Source: Octopus sinensis (Eukaryota). Taken from it: a stretch of DNA of 64,000 bases. The stretch is from the NCBI RefSeq assembly GCF_006345805.1, contig NC_043001.1, positions 110,732,001 to 110,796,000 of the forward strand, read 5' to 3'. The notes below the pieces were generated by a model, which saw only the letters and a list, made by a program, of their open reading frames with translations, had not been told where the DNA came from and did no database searches. Of the stretch, positions 57,920 to 64,000 are shown piece by piece (within the stretch, counting starts at the first letter, position 1; each line of letters begins with the position of its first letter). The position numbers and the translations under genes were made by a program.

Positions 57920-58288
57920 TTGCAGGATTTTTGATGTGAAATCGTGTGTTGATACATATATTGTTGTATTTAGGAATGGTCATTATGCCAGTTTAGCCAA
58001 TAAAAACACACGCAATATATATTTGGAGTTACTTTGCTTCAGCGTTATTTATTTTTTATATTAATCTTAATCTTATTTCGTTAGTAAGGAGAGACACAAA
58101 TAAGACAGAAGAAATCAAAGGACCACTGATGAAGTAACAGAAGGGTGACGAAAGAACTCTGGTCGAAATAAGATTAAGATCAATGTAAAAAATAAATAAC
58201 GCTGAAGCAAAGTAACACCAAATATATAGTGCGTATGTTTTTATTGGCTAAACTGGCATAATTACCATTCCTAAATACAACAATATCA
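57920..58288 (+). mobile_element. Fold-back PLE pseudo-LTR fragment with hammerhead in the loop (58121-58164)
   Basis: IR arms 57958-58080 / 58164-58287; gacca-CTGATGA-agtaac(agaagg)gtgac-GAAA-gaac-TC-tggtc. Confidence 0.8.
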
Positions 58289-59656
58289 GTGTTTGTAGTT
58301 TTTCCAAAAATCATAATTAAATCTTGAAAAATCGACTGTCCTACCACGATCACAAATTGATATGATTACATAATGCGATAGTATTTAATAGTTAGCATCT
58401 GCATCCCAAAGTCAAAATGTCCTCTTCAGATTCATAAAAATAGCTTAACTGATCATCAGCTGATCATCGGCTGACTCTGTCAATGTTCAAGTGAGAATAT
58501 GTTCATTGGAATTTTCGATACATATCTCAATCGAGACTGTTTGTAGAAAGCATTCAGAGCGACCAACCGACTGAGGAGCAACGCACTTTGATATCTATCT
58601 CAAATATCTGTTTTCCCGATCCACACAATTTTTCGCTACATCAACGAGTTCCTCAGGTTTTAGCTGCCCGGTTTCTCACTGATTCTATCCAAAACTTCAA
58701 TATGTTTTATTATCACAAATCCCAAGATATCTTTCTTCTTCAGAACGATAATTCTTTCCGCACCCACATCTTCTTTCTGGCCGCATATTACCGGTGACGA
58801 AGGGGATTAAAAGCGCACATACGGTCGTAAGAAACTTGCTGGGTATAATGAACACTTAATCCTGCTGAGCAAACCATTCAGGCTAAATCATAAATCTAGC
58901 AACGATAATTGTGAACTATGAAACAAAAATAATTTCAATTCGAAGATAGATATTTGTACAGCTCAGTAGACTTCGCTAATACGGAAATCCCATAATAAGA
59001 AGAGCCATATAAAATTAATTGTTCTCACCTGAAATACGTGTGACGCAATTTGCAATCTCTAAATGGAAAACGAATATCTTATCCTATTTAATTTCACAGC
59101 GTGACTTTCTCAAACAAAACGCTGAATCGACTCATCATTCATAATTATAAAGGTGTGAGATAGATTGAAGAATACGGATTGTGCCGGGCATAATACTTTG
59201 AAGGGTTTATAACTACCAGTCATATACTAAAGAAAATGTACCTTACATTCCACATGGTACATTGCACATTTTTAAATAAGTAAGGCGTCCCATTAGACAT
59301 GGCAATGTTTCATATCGTGACACTATCTTTTATGGAGCACGGGTTTCACTATTCGATGCATCCGCATTCCGTTAAAACTATAGTGTTTGATATGCAAGGG
59401 TATAAGTGTAATGTCAAGCATACTCTTTAATTCATGTACATGTGCGAGTAATTCATTTTTATTTTCATTTTTTAGGTAGCGCAGGAGTGGCAATGTGGTA
59501 AGTAGCTTGCTTACCAACCACATGGTTTTGGCTTCAGTCGCACTGCGTGGCACCTTGGGCAAGTGTCTTCTACTGTAGCCTGGGGCCGACTAATGCCTTG
59601 TGGGTGGATATGGTAGACGGAAACTGAAAGACGACCGTCGTATATATGTATATATA

Positions 59657-59805
59657 GCCGGCTATTACCAGTAAAGGTCTTAGTTGCCAATGTTGTACAA
59701 GACATTGTAGATCTTTAGCTGGGCTAAAAAGTCACATTCGATCACAGCATTAATAACAGTTAAGCTTCGTGCAATGGCCATACTCGATAACGAGGGGCAG
59801 CCATA
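59657..59805 (+). pseudogene. RTE-type LINE extreme 3' end
   Basis: CQCCTRHCRSLAGLKSHIRSQH* C2H2-like terminus plus short 3' UTR. Confidence 0.55.
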
Positions 59806-59811
59806 ATATAT

Positions 59812-59871
<60 letters not shown>

Positions 59872-59872
<1 letters not shown>

Positions 59873-60058
59873 TTTATTTAAAGCAGCAGAAAATTCAACA
59901 AAACCTGTTACTCTGAGTTTCCCGTTGCCGTTCCGATGAACGGCAACAACAGGTTTTGTTGAATTTTCTGCTGCTTTAAATAAAGCATATTACTCTACGA
60001 CTGGTATTTGAGTACTCTTTTTTCCACCTTGTTTCACATTTATGTGTTTACTCCGGTA
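59872..60058. mobile_element. Fold-back pseudo-LTR-like fragment carrying two partial hammerhead halves
   Basis: 38-bp arms 59872-59909 / 59948-59985; inner hairpin gttgccgttc-cgat-gaacggcaac. Confidence 0.7.
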
Positions 60059-60100
60059 TATATATATATATATGTGTGTGTGTGTGGTGTGTGTGTGTGT

Positions 60101-60134
<34 letters not shown>

Positions 60135-60881
60135 TGCATGTGTGTGCGTGTGTGTGTGTGCGTATGTGTGTGTGTTTGTGTGTCTGTGTTTGTCTCCCCA
60201 ACATCGCTTGACAACCGATGCTGGGGTGTTTACGTCCCCATAACTTAGCGGTTCAGCATAAAGGAGCGATAAAATACGTACTAGGCTTACAAAGAATAAG
60301 TCATGGGGTCGATTTGCTCGACTAAATACGGTGCTCCAGCATGGCCGTAGTCAAATGACTGAAATAAGTAAAAGAGTAAAAAAGTAAAAGAATAGCTGAT
60401 ATCAGAATAAACACATATAAACCAATCATATTGTATCTGTAACAAAATCAGTTAGGAATGTAAAGTTTGGTTTCTCTCCGCCGCTATATACGTTCAATGT
60501 TCAGAATTTATACACAGACACTTTCACTCTCTCACAAGCGCGCACATGCACAAATGACGTGAAAGAGTTTCAGTTCTTTAGTTACGACCGCTTCAACATT
60601 ACATGATATATAGTATTAATGAATATAAATATTAACATCAATACTAATATTACAGCGTATTACATATAAACCATGTGCAGCTGTACAGAAGATGAGATAT
60701 GTACTTGTATATAGTAGACCACTGATTGAATATCAGGCTTGTATCTATTACACACATGCATACACAGATACATACAAACATACATACATAACAACATACA
60801 TACATACATACATACATACATACATACATACAAACAGACAGACGGATAGAGAGAGAGAAAGAGGGAGAGAGAGGGAGATAG

Positions 60882-60912
<31 letters not shown>

Positions 60913-61811
60913 TAAAGAGAGAGTGAGATAAATATGTACGTAGGTAGATAATTCTAGATTTCAATTAACACTTGATAGTTCTAAAACGATAGCATGAATT
61001 TAATTTTTATGTAATTCATAGAAACATATGTGACAGCGTGCGCATGTGTATCAGTGTAAATTTGTTTTTATTCGTGCATGTAACATCAACAGAGAACACA
61101 ACAGGAAGCTGTGTGAGTAAACACGACTAATGTAAAACATACCACATTATACAATCGCAACTAAAATTAGAAACAAATGCATTATGTCTTAGGCAAAAAT
61201 ATTGAAATCACACATACGTTTTTGTGAGTGCAGTCTTGGTCACGTAGTTAAGAATGTAACTCCACAGTGTTGTAGATATTCTTAAACGTGCTATGTACAT
61301 ACAAGTGGTGAGTACTTAAGCCGTGTAGTTGACTAATAGCTTGTATACCGCTGCTTTGTCTACAGTGGTATTGTTTTATGCTAACTCCCATTTGATATAA
61401 GTACGACAAACCTGAAACAAATACTGGGGTTTATATAATCAATAATGCCCATTCAAACTGTGACCTAGTGTCACAAATAAAAATAGTAAAGTATTGCTAT
61501 ATATTCAGAAGTAAATCTAGATACACAACGCATTTTACATGCCTCGAAGCCGAGGTTTTTACATATATTTAAAACATTAAATACTGTCAAGTATGTTTAT
61601 AATTACTCGTACAGTATATCGAAAGCTACGCGTGCATAAAACACGCTCAGGTACTGAGAAGAAATACTCACGTACACCGATATACACATAATTAAGAGAT
61701 CAAAGGCAAACACTTGTCTAACGTTAGCTTAAACATACCGTTCTAGATTCATGTAAATACATGCACACACTCATGTACGGATTTCGCACAAATATTCATA
61801 CATGCATACAC

Positions 61812-61860
<49 letters not shown>

Positions 61861-62872
61861 ATACATACATACTTATATAACTCTGCATATTCGCATATTA
61901 TTTGGCGCAAATTTATATACTTCGATATGTATAAAAAATCACTATTGTAATATCATTCCGTTAGTAGTTAGTTTTACGTCTTCCACAGGAAATGAGGTTG
62001 AGGAATGAAAATAAAATTACTTTAAATCAATATCTAGCCCGAATTTCTTCTAATTTTCTATACCACACACCAGACAATGGTGATGTAGATCTTATAAAGG
62101 TTACCTGAAGAAAGTAAACATTTAAAGAGCTCTAATTATTCTAAATTAGCGAATAATTGTGGTTGCTTTGAAAGGATCAAACGTTTGTTTCGTAGTGTTA
62201 AGATTTCCATACCTTATTTGTATAATTCTATTTCTTAAGTTGCAATGTATGGTTGCAAAAACTACCAAACCGAGGGGGAAATTATGTGTTTGTTGTATCT
62301 AGCAAGTTTTGTGTTACGCTGGTGACAATGAATCATTTAGCGCAACATGGCAAGAACTGGCACATCACAGAAATGTTGTGATATTGAGAATATGTTATAA
62401 ACTGAAGGATCTTACCACGTTTCCCACACCTAAATAAGATATATGACCATGATTTTGCTGGGTCTCTATTGTGTTACTCTGTGTCAAAACTGATGACGTT
62501 TTCTGAAGGAGAAAACCTTGCAAAAAATAAATGGTCTGATTTAAAACAGAGAACTATGAATCGATATACATCGTACCATGGATATTCAATTTATATACTG
62601 TCGCAAACAGAATTGATAGCCCAATGCCAATGTTGAAGTATCAAGTTAGTTTGTCGATATTGAAATGAAGTAGGCTCCCCACGTTGACGAATATGGAAAA
62701 TAAAAAAATATAAAATTTATTGCCGAAGGGAACTAAAGTAAAATTCCGAGAAAAAGACACTAACGTAAATATTTACGCTAGATAAAACGAGCGATCGGGA
62801 GCAGCTGAAACTAATGCATAATTTGAGCGTTCATTCTTTTAGCAAATGAAACATAGGTATATAAACATATAT

Positions 62873-63010
62873 ACGACGGGCTTCTTTCAGTTTCCGTTCC
62901 GTCTACCACATCCGCTCATAAGGTTTTGGTCGGCCCGAGGTTATATTAGAAGACACTTGCCCATGGTGCCACGTAGTGGGACTAAAGGCAGAACCATGTG
63001 GTTGGTAAGC
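62873..63010 (-). mobile_element. SINE family A, 5' fragment
   Basis: Reverse match to 23620-23760. Confidence 0.7.
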
Positions 63011-63351
63011 CTCCCATGCGTTTATTGTCTCTGATGATTCTAAAATATCATAGTTCCAAGACAAACGTTATATCTTTCTCCTACCACTCTGAAGACATTT
63101 GCCTAATGTAATGATTTTAGTAATTGTTATTTAATCTATTAGGCTTAACTGAAACAGCTGTAAAGGAATATGTTTGATTTTTGCATATCATAAATTTTTA
63201 TTTAATGTCATATCTCCATTTTCTTACTTTCATTTGAGTTCTTAGAAGTCTTGGTTCACATATAAAACTATTGTATCATTCACAACAAATGTGAGGTATT
63301 GAACCAGTAATTCATTGGATGGTAACATCACTTAATGAAGTGGTTGACCTC

Positions 63352-63421
<70 letters not shown>

Positions 63422-63522
63422 TAATTAGTCAATATAGGGGGGCCAAAAATTTTGTAGAATTTTTTTGCCACCAGCGGCCTAGTGGGAAAAAATTAAATAG
63501 TCATAGACATTTTAAGTCCAAC

Positions 63523-63721
63523 ATCACAATCAAGGAACGGCCATTAAACAGTAGAGTTTACCATTAAACAGTAGATGAAACGGTGCATCGTATAAGAAAT
63601 TACGGGTAAATGTTTTTTAATTTTCTCCTGGTTTACGGAATTGATGTTATTTGCGGTTGAAGCTTTTGGCTTGTTATTTCTAGTGGGGAATGGCCTATTA
63701 TGGCCGTTCCTTGATTGTGAT
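63523..63721. repeat. 22-bp inverted repeat in an insert within (TA)n
   Basis: atcacaatcaaggaacggccat (63523-63544) / atggccgttccttgattgtgat (63700-63721). Confidence 0.75.
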
Positions 63722-64000
63722 ATATATAATTATATATATATAATTATATATATTATATATATATATATAAAATATATATAGATATAGGTTCTCAAATAAC
63801 CTTTGCACTTGATTTTTAATGTCTCTACCCCCATATTTGCGTGAGTTGAATTGAGCAAACACTATATGAGAGAGGTTTTTCTTTAAGTATTGGAAATAGT
63901 TTTAAAAAAAGTTTTTTTAGCTGCTATTTCTAATGAGTTCAGTATGCGGCAAAGTAATTTATTTTACTAAGCCCTTTTATATAATGTAATAATTTGAATT

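Larger units (their letters stand above)
59474..60391 (+). mobile_element. SINE family A split by insertions in its TA tract
   Basis: 5' half 59474-59645, 3' half 60170-60391; intervening RTE tail and fold-back. Confidence 0.8.

Noticed and set aside
58350-58800. Possible ancient mariner transposase remnant (-)
   Set aside because: Only vague similarity, with no TIRs or intact motifs.

Overview
AT-rich, microsatellite-dense eukaryotic DNA with no recognisable host exon. The repeat families (tRNA-headed CORE- and Meta-domain SINEs, R4/Dong and RTE LINEs, Penelope-like elements, mariner, Helitrons) suggest an intron or intergenic region of a coleoid cephalopod, probably Octopus; this is inference. 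Nearly all ORFs in the track are microsatellite translations. The real coding remnants are three R4/Dong non-LTR pieces (two inside (TAA)n), three Penelope-like element (PLE) pieces (RT and/or GIY-YIG), a decayed mariner transposase, a Helitron Rep remnant and RTE/CR1 scraps. The main signal the ORF track misses is about 13 type I hammerhead ribozyme (HHR) motifs from about 8 sequence families. Most have a palindromic minimal stem III and lie in tandem or fold-back arrangements typical of PLE pseudo-LTRs. One is fused behind a tRNA-like Pol III head and an (AAT)n spacer, a candidate ribozyme-bearing, PLE-mobilised SINE. All motifs were read and folded by eye, no activity is shown, and coordinates may be off by a few bases.
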